Source: Eledone cirrhosa (taxonomy: Eukaryota). Taken from it: a stretch of 64,000 nucleotides of DNA. A program made the position numbers and the translations under genes. The stretch lies in the NCBI GenBank assembly GCA_964016885.1, contig OZ024741.1:170376001-170440000 (forward strand). The letters run 5' to 3'. Numbering within the stretch: position 1 is the first letter of the stretch; each line of letters opens with the position of its first letter. Under the pieces are notes generated by a model that was given only the letters and a program-made list of their open reading frames with translations, searched no databases and was not told the origin of the DNA. Shown here in pieces: positions 50,791 through 64,000 of this stretch.

Positions 50791-53232
50791 ATGGAAAAAC
50801 AATATTTAGGAACCTCCTTAAAAAACATACCAATACCTTCTAAGGACGACTTCTTACTCCTTATGATTCAGAAAACTAATAATTTTATCAGAAGGGTTAG
50901 ATGGAGAGCCTACCACTTCGATAGAAAATCTAAACAAGCAGATCGGAAATATATGTATGATTTCAACACTTACAAGAATCCACCACACAACTTTTTACTT
51001 GAAGACTTCGAGAAAGACCTTTTTAATTTAATTAAACACCTCAAATTTAAAAAGTATAAATCCGTCTTTCAAAAGGACCTTGATTCTACCCTATTGGACC
51101 TAAAAAAGTCTAAAAAAATCCATGTCCACTCGGACAAAACTGGTTACTTGTATCATATGGATATTGAACATTATAATGAGTTCATATATAAAGAACTCAG
51201 AAAAAATTATAAAAAATCTAATAATGTGTCACTCACCAACATCAACAACAAAACACACAACATAGTAAAAAAACTAAATATTGAAGATAGAACTGAACCT
51301 TTGGCATTGAAAAGACCACACTTCAACCTGAAAGATCACAAATCTAACTTTAACTCTAATCCTTCTATTAGACTTATATGTCCCTCCAAATCAGATATTG
51401 GAATAATTAGCAAAAAAATTTTAGATAGAGTCATCCCACAAATAAGAAAATACGTTATTTTACCACTCTGGGAAAACACCTCCCAGGTAATTAATTGGTT
51501 TAAAAATATTAGGTGTAAATCTTCTGCTTCTTTCCTACAATTTGATATAGATAATTACTATTCTTCTATATCACCCATACTCCTGAACAAAGCATTAATA
51601 TTTGCTAAAAATAGATCTAATTTAACTTCGGATGACATTAACATTATTACACATGCTAGACAAACACTTATTGAATTTCAGAATGAATACTGGACCAGAA
51701 ACACATACAGTAATCTTTTTGATATTACTATGGGTTCAAGCGATTCCGCCCAAATTACTGATCTTGTGGGCCTCTTTCTCCTTTTCAACATAAATGCCTC
51801 TTTTCCCCACCTCAAAGGTGGTTTATATCGTGATGACTGTCTTCTTCTTTCTAACAACCTTAGCCTTTCAGAAATCGAAAAAAACAAAAAGCATATTAGA
51901 ACTTTCCTTAAAGACTATTATAATCTTAATATTACTTTTGAAAAAACAAGTAAAGTAGTAAATTTCCTAGATATAACTTTAGATTTAGCTACGGGTATAT
52001 ACCAACCTTACCATAAACCTAACCAAAACTTACATTACATACACTCACAATCTAATCACCCTAAATCTATCCTTAAAAACCTTGCATATAATATATCACT
52101 TAGAATTTCTAACCTTTCTTCTAACCAAGATGTATTTGATAAAAATGCGACCTTTTATAATGAAGCTCTAGATAGAAGTGGCCACAAAAATAGATTAGAG
52201 TATATACCTTCTACTAAAAATACTGAAAGCATACAGCATAATATTACCAACAAACACCAAATGAAAAGTACACACCTAAATGCCACCCACAGTATACCCC
52301 AAAATACTAAATCTTCTAATATAAAGTATAGTAACCCTCAAAAAACTACTCATCATACAACTATAATAAATATTAATAATAAAACTCCTAATAAAAAAGA
52401 TAAAACACCTAAATCTACAAATATAACTAAAAATAGTTGTGGTGAGATCATTAACATTAATCCTCCTAGTAAAAATCATGATACAACATATAAAAATAAT
52501 AAAAATAATAAACAACATAGAAACCGTAATAGACGAGTTACTTGGTATAATGCTCCTTTTAATTTACAAGTTAAGGATAATATTGCTAAAAAATTTTTTT
52601 ATATCCTTGAGAAAAACTTCCCGCCAAACCACAAATACCATCAAATCTTAAATAGGTCTACAGTTAAATTCTCATACTCTACAACAAATAACATAAAACA
52701 AAATATAAGTGCATATAATGCATATAAATGTAAGAAAACCATAAGTATACCACCAGTACATCAAATTAACAATAATATCTCCTCAAATACAGAATTAACG
52801 AAAGGATGTAACTGTAGAAACAAAACAAACTGCCCATTAAAAGGGAATTGTCTTGTTAACAACATAGTCTATAAATGTAATGTTAAAACTAAAGATTCTA
52901 TTTGCTCATATATAGGAGCTACCTCTAACAATTTTAAGACAAGGTATAATACCCACAAACATAGCTTTAAAAATGCCGCACTGGCTAATACAACATCTCT
53001 AGCAGAAAAAATCAATAGTTATAAAAATAAAAATATAAAATATGATTTGACCTGGAGTGTGCTCAAAAGAGCCACCCCTTATCAAAATAATAGAAAGGAA
53101 TGTAGATTATGTTCCCAAGAACTATTTGAAATAATGAAGTCTAGGGATATCTTATTAAATAAAAGACAGGAATTAATTATATCGTGTAATCATAAACTAA
53201 AAAAAACATTTAAATATTATAAACCTAATTAA
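50791..53232 (+). CDS. PLE reverse transcriptase-GIY-YIG endonuclease protein (813 aa from first ATG)
   Basis: SDKT, RLICP, QFDIDNYYSSI, MGSSDSA, LYRDD, FLDITL, HSQSNHP, CNCRNKTNCPLKGNC, IVYKC...YIGATSNNFKTRYNTH, CRLC, SCNH. Confidence 0.97.
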   Translation: MEKQYLGTSLKNIPIPSKDDFLLLMIQKTNNFIRRVRWRAYHFDRKSKQADRKYMYDFNTYKNPPHNFLLEDFEKDLFNLIKHLKFKKYKSVFQKDLDSTLLDLKKSKKIHVHSDKTGYLYHMDIEHYNEFIYKELRKNYKKSNNVSLTNINNKTHNIVKKLNIEDRTEPLALKRPHFNLKDHKSNFNSNPSIRLICPSKSDIGIISKKILDRVIPQIRKYVILPLWENTSQVINWFKNIRCKSSASFLQFDIDNYYSSISPILLNKALIFAKNRSNLTSDDINIITHARQTLIEFQNEYWTRNTYSNLFDITMGSSDSAQITDLVGLFLLFNINASFPHLKGGLYRDDCLLLSNNLSLSEIEKNKKHIRTFLKDYYNLNITFEKTSKVVNFLDITLDLATGIYQPYHKPNQNLHYIHSQSNHPKSILKNLAYNISLRISNLSSNQDVFDKNATFYNEALDRSGHKNRLEYIPSTKNTESIQHNITNKHQMKSTHLNATHSIPQNTKSSNIKYSNPQKTTHHTTIININNKTPNKKDKTPKSTNITKNSCGEIININPPSKNHDTTYKNNKNNKQHRNRNRRVTWYNAPFNLQVKDNIAKKFFYILEKNFPPNHKYHQILNRSTVKFSYSTTNNIKQNISAYNAYKCKKTISIPPVHQINNNISSNTELTKGCNCRNKTNCPLKGNCLVNNIVYKCNVKTKDSICSYIGATSNNFKTRYNTHKHSFKNAALANTTSLAEKINSYKNKNIKYDLTWSVLKRATPYQNNRKECRLCSQELFEIMKSRDILLNKRQELIISCNHKLKKTFKYYKPN

Positions 53233-54966
53233 TAACATTATTCTAGAATTTAATTTAATTTAAATGTTAGTTAACCTATAAATTTAATTTAATTAATATT
53301 TTATTACAGATGAGAAAATATTATGTAATCATAAATTTTGAAAAACCTTTAAATATTACTAATATATACTCAGTAATTTAATTTATAGATTAATTTTAAT
53401 TTATTTTAACCTTTTATTATAATTTTTTTTATTATAATTCTTTTACAGATAAAATATAACAAAATAATATCATGTATCCAATGACGGAGAAAGAATTTTT
53501 AGTATTATAGACCTAATTAATATACATTTTGGAAATATATTTATTATTTGGTTTTAGTTTTAATCAACCTAAAACTTTAATTTTAATTTGCTTAAAATTA
53601 GTATCCTTGTACAGACGAATTGCAGAATGTCATGTAATCATAGAATGGGATGTGTTTTTGATATATACCTAGTTAATATATTCTGTGCAATTTTTTGAAA
53701 AAGATTTGTATATCTATATGTATATGTATATGTGTGTGTTGTATGTGTATCTGTATGTATATTTATGTGAGTATATATGTATATATGTGTATATATATGT
53801 ATATATATATATATATGTGTGTATATGTATATGTATGTGTATGTGTATGTATATGTATATGTATGCGTATTAATTTTGATTTTTATTTGCATATAATTAT
53901 ATTATGCTATTGATGAAATACAATATCTGCTTTATGTATTGTATACCTAATTAACATATACTAATTAACGTATACTATTGAAATAAATATATAATTTTTA
54001 ATTTAGTTAACATATAATTTATATGCTACTACCGATGTAATACTTTATTTTATTTTTATTTGGGTTTCTTTTCCCTATTACTAAATTCATCTCCTAATAT
54101 TGATACCATAACGTTATTAACTTTAATTTAGTTATAATGTAATTAATAATCTACTACTGTTTGACTTCATAATTCTGCTTCAAATATTATAAACCTAACT
54201 AATTTACACCTTGGAAATCAATATGTTGACTATCTTTGGTTTAGTTAACATATGATTAATGGTATACTTTTTTGTTTTGAGATGCATAGATTTCGTATTT
54301 CCTAGCACTGAAAATATGTAAGAACATACATTGAATTAAGATACGGAAAATATTATATGTTTCTTGAAACATATATTTACTTTGATCCCTTTCTCCAAAC
54401 CCCCCCTTTCCCCCATACTATTATCATCTGTTTTTGTAAGCGTATATGTATGAATATATGTGTAGGTGGGTGTCTATATAGGTTTTGGTATTTATTTCTA
54501 AATATAAAAATACATATATGAGCATGTAAATATGAATGTAAGATTGAGTGTGTATATATGATCGTACATACATATGTATGTATATATATGTATATATATG
54601 TATTATATATGTATGTGTATGTGAATGTGTGGTATGTATATGTGTATGTATATGTATATATGTGTATGTATGTGTATGCTTGTATATAGGAATATATATA
54701 TGTGTATATATGTATGTATATGTATATGCGTGTTTGTATGTATGTGTATATGGGTTCTGTATATATTTGTATGTCTCTCTATTTATATGTTTATCTTCGT
54801 ATCTATGTGATATATGTGTGTGTGTGTGCACGTATGCATATGTATGTGTTTGTGTGTGTTTGTATGTGTGTGTGTATATATATGTGTATTTGCGCACACT
54901 CACATACACATATATATATATATATATGTGAGTGTGTATGTGTGTCTGTGTGTGTGTGTGTGTGTG

Positions 54967-54997
<31 letters not shown>

Positions 54998-55164
54998 GTG
55001 TATGTATATATATATAGATATATATATATATATATATATATGTGTATATAGGTGTCTATGTGTGAATATATGTCTTTTCGTATGTGTGTATTTATGTATG
55101 TATATATTTATGTGTATGTATGTATGTGTATGTATGTATGTATATATATATATATATGTATATA

Positions 55165-55197
<33 letters not shown>

Positions 55198-55527
55198 TAT
55201 TCTTTATTATTATTGTAATATAACTTATGTGTATATGTGTATAAGTGAGGTTGTGTATGTATATATACTATGTGTATATATAAGAGTAATGAAATATATA
55301 TATATATATATATATGTGCATGTCTGTTTTTTATGTGTGTGTATATATATATATGTATGTGTATATATGTATATATATATATATGTGTACGTGTGTGTAT
55401 GTGGATATATATATATATATATATATATACATGTGGGTGTTTGTATGTGTATTTATGGTGGTATGAGTGTGTGGATATATATGTTTATATATATATATGT
55501 ATATGTATATATATATATAAGAGTCTA

Positions 55528-55578
<51 letters not shown>

Positions 55579-56346
55579 ATGTGTGTATGTGTTGCGCGTG
55601 AGTGTGTGTGTATTTATATCTTTTTATATGTGTATGTGTATGTTCGTGTAAATGTATGTGTGTGTATGACTGTATAGGTATGTGTGTATGTATGTATGTG
55701 TAAATATCTCTATGTGCGCGTACATGTATCTATGTGTATGTATATCTGTATGTGTATGTACATTATATTATATTTATTATATTTTATTGTTTTTATTTTT
55801 TTATTTTTCTTAATTTATAGATACATTTATATTAGGCAGTCTGGTCTGACAATCTAATACTGACCCCTCCCCCCCCCTCCCACCTAATTTCTGTATCTTG
55901 ATCTTGAAATGTGTGTGCCAGTGTTTTTATGTGAGTGACTTAATTTCTATTTGCTTATGATTTTATATCCACATATATAAATGTGAGTGGGGGAGTGTGT
56001 GTGTTTGTATGTTCGTGGTTATGTGTATATTTATGCATATACGCACATGTATGTGTGATTATACTGATATGTGTGAGTATGAAAAAAATATATTTATATG
56101 CTTGACTCCATAAGTATCATTGCGTATCTTATCAGCGCATTAAGCTTACAGAGATATTAACCTTGAAATTTTGTGTTTGCATCCATCTTTTTAGTATGCA
56201 CATACAAATTATACACACATTATTGTAAAATATGTGTAAGGTTTTTACATGTATATACACACACCAAACTGCTTTTAACCCTTTGTGTTTTCATTGGTCA
56301 ATTTTGAACTGATATTTTGAATTGTTGTTATTATCAATAAATATAC

Positions 56347-56501
56347 TTCATTATTTCTGAAGACGGCGTATATATGAGTTAGGTATGTATATTTAATCTT
56401 GATAATTTGTATAATTTTGTATAATTTTGTACATAGATCTGTTAAATATGCATACCAATTATAACACATATATACCCTAGAAACGATCGTTAAATAGTGA
56501 A
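56347..56501 (+). ncRNA. PLE hammerhead ribozyme
   Basis: Identical to 50293-50447. Confidence 0.75.
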
Positions 56502-56844
56502 CTTTTTTTGTTTAATATAAGGAATTGTTTGTTCATTATTTGTTTAATATTTTATCTTGACTCTGTATACCGTTTATCTTTCACCGAAAGTGGATTTTCA
56601 TTACATCTCTTCTTTCCATGATATCCGGAATACATTGAGTTCTTCATACGGATTGGACACTACCGTAAACTCTTGGTAGATTTATCTACATAATTTTGCT
56701 CCTATTTTCACGGAAATATTCGTATTTTTGTACTGTATGTGTGTATTAATTTTATATTTATGTATAAACATATATATATGTATGATTTTGTAAACCCATA
56801 TACATTTAGTTGAGCTCTTTCAATTGTCCATCATCCATATCACA

Positions 56845-59286
56845 ATGGAAAAACAATATTTAGGAACCTCCTTAAAAAACATACCAATACCTTCTAAGGA
56901 CGACTTCTTACTCCTTATGATTCAGAAAACTAATAATTTTATCAGAAGGGTTAGATGGAGAGCCTACCACTTCGATAGAAAATCTAAACAAGCAGATCGG
57001 AAATATATGTATGATTTCAACACTTACAAGAATCCACCACACAACTTTTTACTTGAAGACTTCGAGAAAGACCTTTTTAATTTAATTAAACACCTCAAAT
57101 TTAAAAAGTATAAATCCGTCTTTCAAAAGGACCTTGATTCTACCCTATTGGACCTAAAAAAGTCTAAAAAAATCCATGTCCACTCGGACAAAACTGGTTA
57201 CTTGTATCATATGGATATTGAACATTATAATGAGTTCATATATAAAGAACTCAGAAAAAATTATAAAAAATCTAATAATGTGTCACTCACCAACATCAAC
57301 AACAAAACACACAACATAGTAAAAAAACTAAATATTGAAGATAGAACTGAACCTTTGGCATTGAAAAGACCACACTTCAACCTGAAAGATCACAAATCTA
57401 ACTTTAACTCTAATCCTTCTATTAGACTTATATGTCCCTCCAAATCAGATATTGGAATAATTAGCAAAAAAATTTTAGATAGAGTCATCCCACAAATAAG
57501 AAAATACGTTATTTTACCACTCTGGGAAAACACCTCCCAGGTAATTAATTGGTTTAAAAATATTAGGTGTAAATCTTCTGCTTCTTTCCTACAATTTGAT
57601 ATAGATAATTACTATTCTTCTATATCACCCATACTCCTGAACAAAGCATTAATATTTGCTAAAAATAGATCTAATTTAACTTCGGATGACATTAACATTA
57701 TTACACATGCTAGACAAACACTTATTGAATTTCAGAATGAATACTGGACCAGAAACACATACAGTAATCTTTTTGATATTACTATGGGTTCAAGCGATTC
57801 CGCCCAAATTACTGATCTTGTGGGCCTCTTTCTCCTTTTCAACATAAATGCCTCTTTTCCCCACCTCAAAGGTGGTTTATATCGTGATGACTGTCTTCTT
57901 CTTTCTAACAACCTTAGCCTTTCAGAAATCGAAAAAAACAAAAAGCATATTAGAACTTTCCTTAAAGACTATTATAATCTTAATATTACTTTTGAAAAAA
58001 CAAGTAAAGTAGTAAATTTCCTAGATATAACTTTAGATTTAGCTACGGGTATATACCAACCTTACCATAAACCTAACCAAAACTTACATTACATACACTC
58101 ACAATCTAATCACCCTAAATCTATCCTTAAAAACCTTGCATATAATATATCACTTAGAATTTCTAACCTTTCTTCTAACCAAGATGTATTTGATAAAAAT
58201 GCGACCTTTTATAATGAAGCTCTAGATAGAAGTGGCCACAAAAATAGATTAGAGTATATACCTTCTACTAAAAATACTGAAAGCATACAGCATAATATTA
58301 CCAACAAACACCAAATGAAAAGTACACACCTAAATGCCACCCACAGTATACCCCAAAATACTAAATCTTCTAATATAAAGTATAGTAACCCTCAAAAAAC
58401 TACTCATCATACAACTATAATAAATATTAATAATAAAACTCCTAATAAAAAAGATAAAACACCTAAATCTACAAATATAACTAAAAATAGTTGTGGTGAG
58501 ATCATTAACATTAATCCTCCTAGTAAAAATCATGATACAACATATAAAAATAATAAAAATAATAAACAACATAGAAACCGTAATAGACGAGTTACTTGGT
58601 ATAATGCTCCTTTTAATTTACAAGTTAAGGATAATATTGCTAAAAAATTTTTTTATATCCTTGAGAAAAACTTCCCGCCAAACCACAAATACCATCAAAT
58701 CTTAAATAGGTCTACAGTTAAATTCTCATACTCTACAACAAATAACATAAAACAAAATATAAGTGCATATAATGCATATAAATGTAAGAAAACCATAAGT
58801 ATACCACCAGTACATCAAATTAACAATAATATCTCCTCAAATACAGAATTAACGAAAGGATGTAACTGTAGAAACAAAACAAACTGCCCATTAAAAGGGA
58901 ATTGTCTTGTTAACAACATAGTCTATAAATGTAATGTTAAAACTAAAGATTCTATTTGCTCATATATAGGAGCTACCTCTAACAATTTTAAGACAAGGTA
59001 TAATACCCACAAACATAGCTTTAAAAATGCCGCACTGGCTAATACAACATCTCTAGCAGAAAAAATCAATAGTTATAAAAATAAAAATATAAAATATGAT
59101 TTGACCTGGAGTGTGCTCAAAAGAGCCACCCCTTATCAAAATAATAGAAAGGAATGTAGATTATGTTCCCAAGAACTATTTGAAATAATGAAGTCTAGGG
59201 ATATCTTATTAAATAAAAGACAGGAATTAATTATATCGTGTAATCATAAACTAAAAAAAACATTTAAATATTATAAACCTAATTAA
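56845..59286 (+). CDS. PLE RT-GIY-YIG protein, copy 2
   Basis: Translation identical to copy 1. Confidence 0.97.
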   Translation: MEKQYLGTSLKNIPIPSKDDFLLLMIQKTNNFIRRVRWRAYHFDRKSKQADRKYMYDFNTYKNPPHNFLLEDFEKDLFNLIKHLKFKKYKSVFQKDLDSTLLDLKKSKKIHVHSDKTGYLYHMDIEHYNEFIYKELRKNYKKSNNVSLTNINNKTHNIVKKLNIEDRTEPLALKRPHFNLKDHKSNFNSNPSIRLICPSKSDIGIISKKILDRVIPQIRKYVILPLWENTSQVINWFKNIRCKSSASFLQFDIDNYYSSISPILLNKALIFAKNRSNLTSDDINIITHARQTLIEFQNEYWTRNTYSNLFDITMGSSDSAQITDLVGLFLLFNINASFPHLKGGLYRDDCLLLSNNLSLSEIEKNKKHIRTFLKDYYNLNITFEKTSKVVNFLDITLDLATGIYQPYHKPNQNLHYIHSQSNHPKSILKNLAYNISLRISNLSSNQDVFDKNATFYNEALDRSGHKNRLEYIPSTKNTESIQHNITNKHQMKSTHLNATHSIPQNTKSSNIKYSNPQKTTHHTTIININNKTPNKKDKTPKSTNITKNSCGEIININPPSKNHDTTYKNNKNNKQHRNRNRRVTWYNAPFNLQVKDNIAKKFFYILEKNFPPNHKYHQILNRSTVKFSYSTTNNIKQNISAYNAYKCKKTISIPPVHQINNNISSNTELTKGCNCRNKTNCPLKGNCLVNNIVYKCNVKTKDSICSYIGATSNNFKTRYNTHKHSFKNAALANTTSLAEKINSYKNKNIKYDLTWSVLKRATPYQNNRKECRLCSQELFEIMKSRDILLNKRQELIISCNHKLKKTFKYYKPN

Positions 59287-61020
59287 TAACATTATTCTAG
59301 AATTTAATTTAATTTAAATGTTAGTTAACCTATAAATTTAATTTAATTAATATTTTATTACAGATGAGAAAATATTATGTAATCATAAATTTTGAAAAAC
59401 CTTTAAATATTACTAATATATACTCAGTAATTTAATTTATAGATTAATTTTAATTTATTTTAACCTTTTATTATAATTTTTTTTATTATAATTCTTTTAC
59501 AGATAAAATATAACAAAATAATATCATGTATCCAATGACGGAGAAAGAATTTTTAGTATTATAGACCTAATTAATATACATTTTGGAAATATATTTATTA
59601 TTTGGTTTTAGTTTTAATCAACCTAAAACTTTAATTTTAATTTGCTTAAAATTAGTATCCTTGTACAGACGAATTGCAGAATGTCATGTAATCATAGAAT
59701 GGGATGTGTTTTTGATATATACCTAGTTAATATATTCTGTGCAATTTTTTGAAAAAGATTTGTATATCTATATGTATATGTATATGTGTGTGTTGTATGT
59801 GTATCTGTATGTATATTTATGTGAGTATATATGTATATATGTGTATATATATGTATATATATATATATATGTGTGTATATGTATATGTATGTGTATGTGT
59901 ATGTATATGTATATGTATGCGTATTAATTTTGATTTTTATTTGCATATAATTATATTATGCTATTGATGAAATACAATATCTGCTTTATGTATTGTATAC
60001 CTAATTAACATATACTAATTAACGTATACTATTGAAATAAATATATAATTTTTAATTTAGTTAACATATAATTTATATGCTACTACCGATGTAATACTTT
60101 ATTTTATTTTTATTTGGGTTTCTTTTCCCTATTACTAAATTCATCTCCTAATATTGATACCATAACGTTATTAACTTTAATTTAGTTATAATGTAATTAA
60201 TAATCTACTACTGTTTGACTTCATAATTCTGCTTCAAATATTATAAACCTAACTAATTTACACCTTGGAAATCAATATGTTGACTATCTTTGGTTTAGTT
60301 AACATATGATTAATGGTATACTTTTTTGTTTTGAGATGCATAGATTTCGTATTTCCTAGCACTGAAAATATGTAAGAACATACATTGAATTAAGATACGG
60401 AAAATATTATATGTTTCTTGAAACATATATTTACTTTGATCCCTTTCTCCAAACCCCCCCTTTCCCCCATACTATTATCATCTGTTTTTGTAAGCGTATA
60501 TGTATGAATATATGTGTAGGTGGGTGTCTATATAGGTTTTGGTATTTATTTCTAAATATAAAAATACATATATGAGCATGTAAATATGAATGTAAGATTG
60601 AGTGTGTATATATGATCGTACATACATATGTATGTATATATATGTATATATATGTATTATATATGTATGTGTATGTGAATGTGTGGTATGTATATGTGTA
60701 TGTATATGTATATATGTGTATGTATGTGTATGCTTGTATATAGGAATATATATATGTGTATATATGTATGTATATGTATATGCGTGTTTGTATGTATGTG
60801 TATATGGGTTCTGTATATATTTGTATGTCTCTCTATTTATATGTTTATCTTCGTATCTATGTGATATATGTGTGTGTGTGTGCACGTATGCATATGTATG
60901 TGTTTGTGTGTGTTTGTATGTGTGTGTGTATATATATGTGTATTTGCGCACACTCACATACACATATATATATATATATATGTGAGTGTGTATGTGTGTC
61001 TGTGTGTGTGTGTGTGTGTG

Positions 61021-61051
<31 letters not shown>

Positions 61052-61218
61052 GTGTATGTATATATATATAGATATATATATATATATATATATATGTGTA
61101 TATAGGTGTCTATGTGTGAATATATGTCTTTTCGTATGTGTGTATTTATGTATGTATATATGTATGTGTATGTATGTATGTGTATGTATGTATGTATATA
61201 TATATATATATGTATATA

Positions 61219-61251
<33 letters not shown>

Positions 61252-61581
61252 TATTCTTTATTATTATTGTAATATAACTTATGTGTATATGTGTATAAGT
61301 GAGGTTGTGTATGTATATATACTATGTGTATATATAAGAGTAATGAAGTATATATATATATATATATATGTGCATGTCTGTTTTTTATGTGTGTGTATAT
61401 ATATATATGTATGTGTATATATGTATATATATATATATGTGTACGTGTGTGTATGTGGATATATATATATATATATATATATACATGTGGGTGTTTGTAT
61501 GTGTATTTATGGTGGTATGAGTGTGTGGATATATATGTTTATATATATATATGTATATGTATATATATATATAAGAGTCTA

Positions 61582-61636
<55 letters not shown>

Positions 61637-62406
61637 ATGTGTGTATGTGTTGCGCGTGAGTGTGTGTGTATTTATATCTTTTTATATGTGTATGTGTATG
61701 TTCGTGTAAATGTATGTGTGTGTATGACTGTATAGGTATGTGTGTATGTATGTATGTGTAAATATCTCTATGTGCGCGTACATGTATCTATGTGTATGTA
61801 TATCTGTATGTGTATGTACATTATATTATATTTATTATATTTTATTGTTTTTATTTTTTTATTTTTCTTAATTTATAGATACATTTATATTAGGCAGTCT
61901 GGTCTGACAATCTAATACTGACCCCTCCCCCCCCCCCTCCCACCTAATTTCTGTATCTTGATCTTGAAATGTGTGTGCCAGTGTTTTTATGTGAGTGACT
62001 TAATTTCTATTTGCTTATGATTTCATATCCACATATATAAATGTGAGTGGGGGAGTGTGTGTGTTTGTATGTTCGTGGTTATGTGTATATTTATGCATAT
62101 ACGCACATGTATGTGTGATTATACTGATATGTGTGAGTATGAAAAAAATATATTTATATGCTTGACTCCATAAGTATCATTGCGTATCTTATCAGCGCAT
62201 TAAGCTTACAGAGATATTAACCTTGAAATTTTGTGTTTGCATCCATCTTTTTAGTATGCACATACAAATTATACACACATTATTGTAAAATATGTGTAAG
62301 GTTTTTACATGTATATACACACACCAAACTGCTTTTAACCCTTTGTGTTTTCATTGGTCAATTTTGAACTGATATTTTGAATTGTTGTTATTATCAATAA
62401 ATATAC

Positions 62407-62561
62407 TTCATTATTTCTGAAGACGGCGTATATATGAGTTAGGTATGTATATTTAATCTTGATAATTTGTATAATTTTGTATAATTTTGTACATAGATCT
62501 GTTAAATATGCATACCAATTATAACACATATATACCCTAGAAACGATCGTTAAATAGTGAA
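62407..62561 (+). ncRNA. PLE hammerhead ribozyme
   Basis: Identical to 50293-50447. Confidence 0.75.
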
Positions 62562-62614
62562 CTTTTTTTGTTTAATATAAGGAATTGTTTGTTCATTATT
62601 TGTTTAATATTTTA

Positions 62615-64000
62615 TCTTGACTCTGTATACCGTTTATCTTTCACCGAAAGTGGATTTTCATTACATCTCTTCTTTCCATGATATCCGGAATACATTGAGT
62701 TCTTCATACGGATTGGACACTACCGTAAACTCTTGGTAGATTTATCTACATAATTTTGCTCCTATTTTCACGGAAATATTCGTATTTTTGTACTGTATGT
62801 GTGTATTAATTTTATATTTATGTATAAACATATATATATGTATGATTTTGTAAACCCATATACATTTAGTTGAGCTCTTTCAATTGTCCATCATCCATAT
62901 CACAATGGAAAAACAATATTTAGGAACCTCCTTAAAAAACATACCAATACCTTCTAAGGACGACTTCTTACTCCTTATGATTCAGAAAACTAATAATTTT
63001 ATCAGAAGGGTTAGATGGAGAGCCTACCACTTCGATAGAAAATCTAAACAAGCAGATCGGAAATATATGTATGATTTCAACACTTACAAGAATCCACCAC
63101 ACAACTTTTTACTTGAAGACTTCGAGAAAGACCTTTTTAATTTAATTAAACACCTCAAATTTAAAAAGTATAAATCCGTCTTTCAAAAGGACCTTGATTC
63201 TACCCTATTGGACCTAAAAAAGTCTAAAAAAATCCATGTCCACTCGGACAAAACTGGTAACTTGTATCATATGGATATTGAACATTATAATGAGTTCATA
63301 TATAAAGAACTCAGAAAAAATTATAAAAAATCTAATAATGTGTCACTCACCAACATCAACAACAAAACACACAACATAGTAAAAAAACTAAATATTGAAG
63401 ATAGAACTGAACCTTTGGCATTGAAAAGACCACACTTCAACCTGAAAGATCACAAATCTAACTTTAACTCTAATCCTTCTATTAGACTTATATGTCCCTC
63501 CAAATCAGATATTGGAATAATTAGCAAAAAAATTTTAGATAGAGTCATCCCACAAATAAGAAAATACGTTATTTTACCACTCTGGGAAAACACCTCCCAG
63601 GTAATTAATTGGTTTAAAAATATTAGGTGTAAATCTTCTGCTTCTTTCCTACAATTTGATATAGATAATTACTATTCTTCTATATCACCCATACTCCTGA
63701 ACAAAGCATTAATATTTGCTAAAAATAGATCTAATTTAACTTCGGATGACATTAACATTATTACACATGCTAGACAAACACTTATTGAATTTCAGAATGA
63801 ATACTGGACCAGAAACACATACAGTAATCTTTTTGATATTACTATGGGTTCAAGCGATTCCGCCCAAATTACTGATCTTGTGGGCCTCTTTCTCCTTTTC
63901 AACATAAATGCCTCTTTTCCCCACCTCAAAGGTGGTTTATATCGTGATGACTGTCTTCTTCTTTCTAACAACCTTAGCCTTTCAGAAATCGAAAAAAACA
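62615..64000 (+). mobile_element. PLE unit 3, running off the window end
   Basis: Same 5' region and ORF start as units 1 and 2. Confidence 0.95.
62905..64000 (+). CDS. PLE RT protein, copy 3 (partial, open to window end)
   Basis: ATG at 62905; one visible change TAC>AAC (Y>N) at 63259; includes LYRDD. Confidence 0.93.
   Translation, partial: MEKQYLGTSLKNIPIPSKDDFLLLMIQKTNNFIRRVRWRAYHFDRKSKQADRKYMYDFNTYKNPPHNFLLEDFEKDLFNLIKHLKFKKYKSVFQKDLDSTLLDLKKSKKIHVHSDKTGNLYHMDIEHYNEFIYKELRKNYKKSNNVSLTNINNKTHNIVKKLNIEDRTEPLALKRPHFNLKDHKSNFNSNPSIRLICPSKSDIGIISKKILDRVIPQIRKYVILPLWENTSQVINWFKNIRCKSSASFLQFDIDNYYSSISPILLNKALIFAKNRSNLTSDDINIITHARQTLIEFQNEYWTRNTYSNLFDITMGSSDSAQITDLVGLFLLFNINASFPHLKGGLYRDDCLLLSNNLSLSEIEKN

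Larger units (their letters stand above)
50501..56554 (+). mobile_element. Full-length Penelope-like element unit 1 (6054 bp), Hydra-clade-like
   Basis: Intact ORF, ~3.3 kb 3' region and HHR; tandemly repeated. Confidence 0.97.
56555..62614 (+). mobile_element. Full-length PLE unit 2 (6060 bp)
   Basis: Near-identical to unit 1, differing mainly in microsatellite lengths. Confidence 0.97.

Overview
AT-rich, (TA)n-saturated metazoan genomic DNA. The SINE and microsatellite landscape suggests a cephalopod or other mollusc (inference). No confident host gene. Three parts: (1) 1-7.5 kb and 28-44.7 kb hold decayed LINEs (RTE, R4/Dong-like), tRNA-head SINEs, a Tc1/mariner-type MITE and a probable solo LTR; (2) 7.6-27.7 kb is a ~20 kb array of a 42-bp unit, open as a Thr-rich mucin-like frame on the - strand and a Gly/Cys-rich frame on the + strand; (3) 44.8 kb to the window end is a very young concatemeric Penelope-like retroelement (RT plus C-terminal GIY-YIG, Hydra-clade-like), with one inverted and at least three tandem ~6.05 kb copies inserted in (TA)n. 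The main hidden signal is a set of type I hammerhead ribozyme (HHR) motifs found by manual folding. One with a 116-nt stem II sits in every PLE pseudo-LTR. Three unrelated non-coding tandem families (319, 465 and 523 bp monomers) each carry one HHR per monomer, and several solitary minimal HHR-like motifs also occur. The families share the PLE's (TA)n targeting and head-to-head inverted architecture, and several HHRs have non-canonical cores (U3-A8, C10.1.A11.1, U10.1.U11.1). This suggests an autonomous PLE with a community of retrozyme-like non-autonomous partners.
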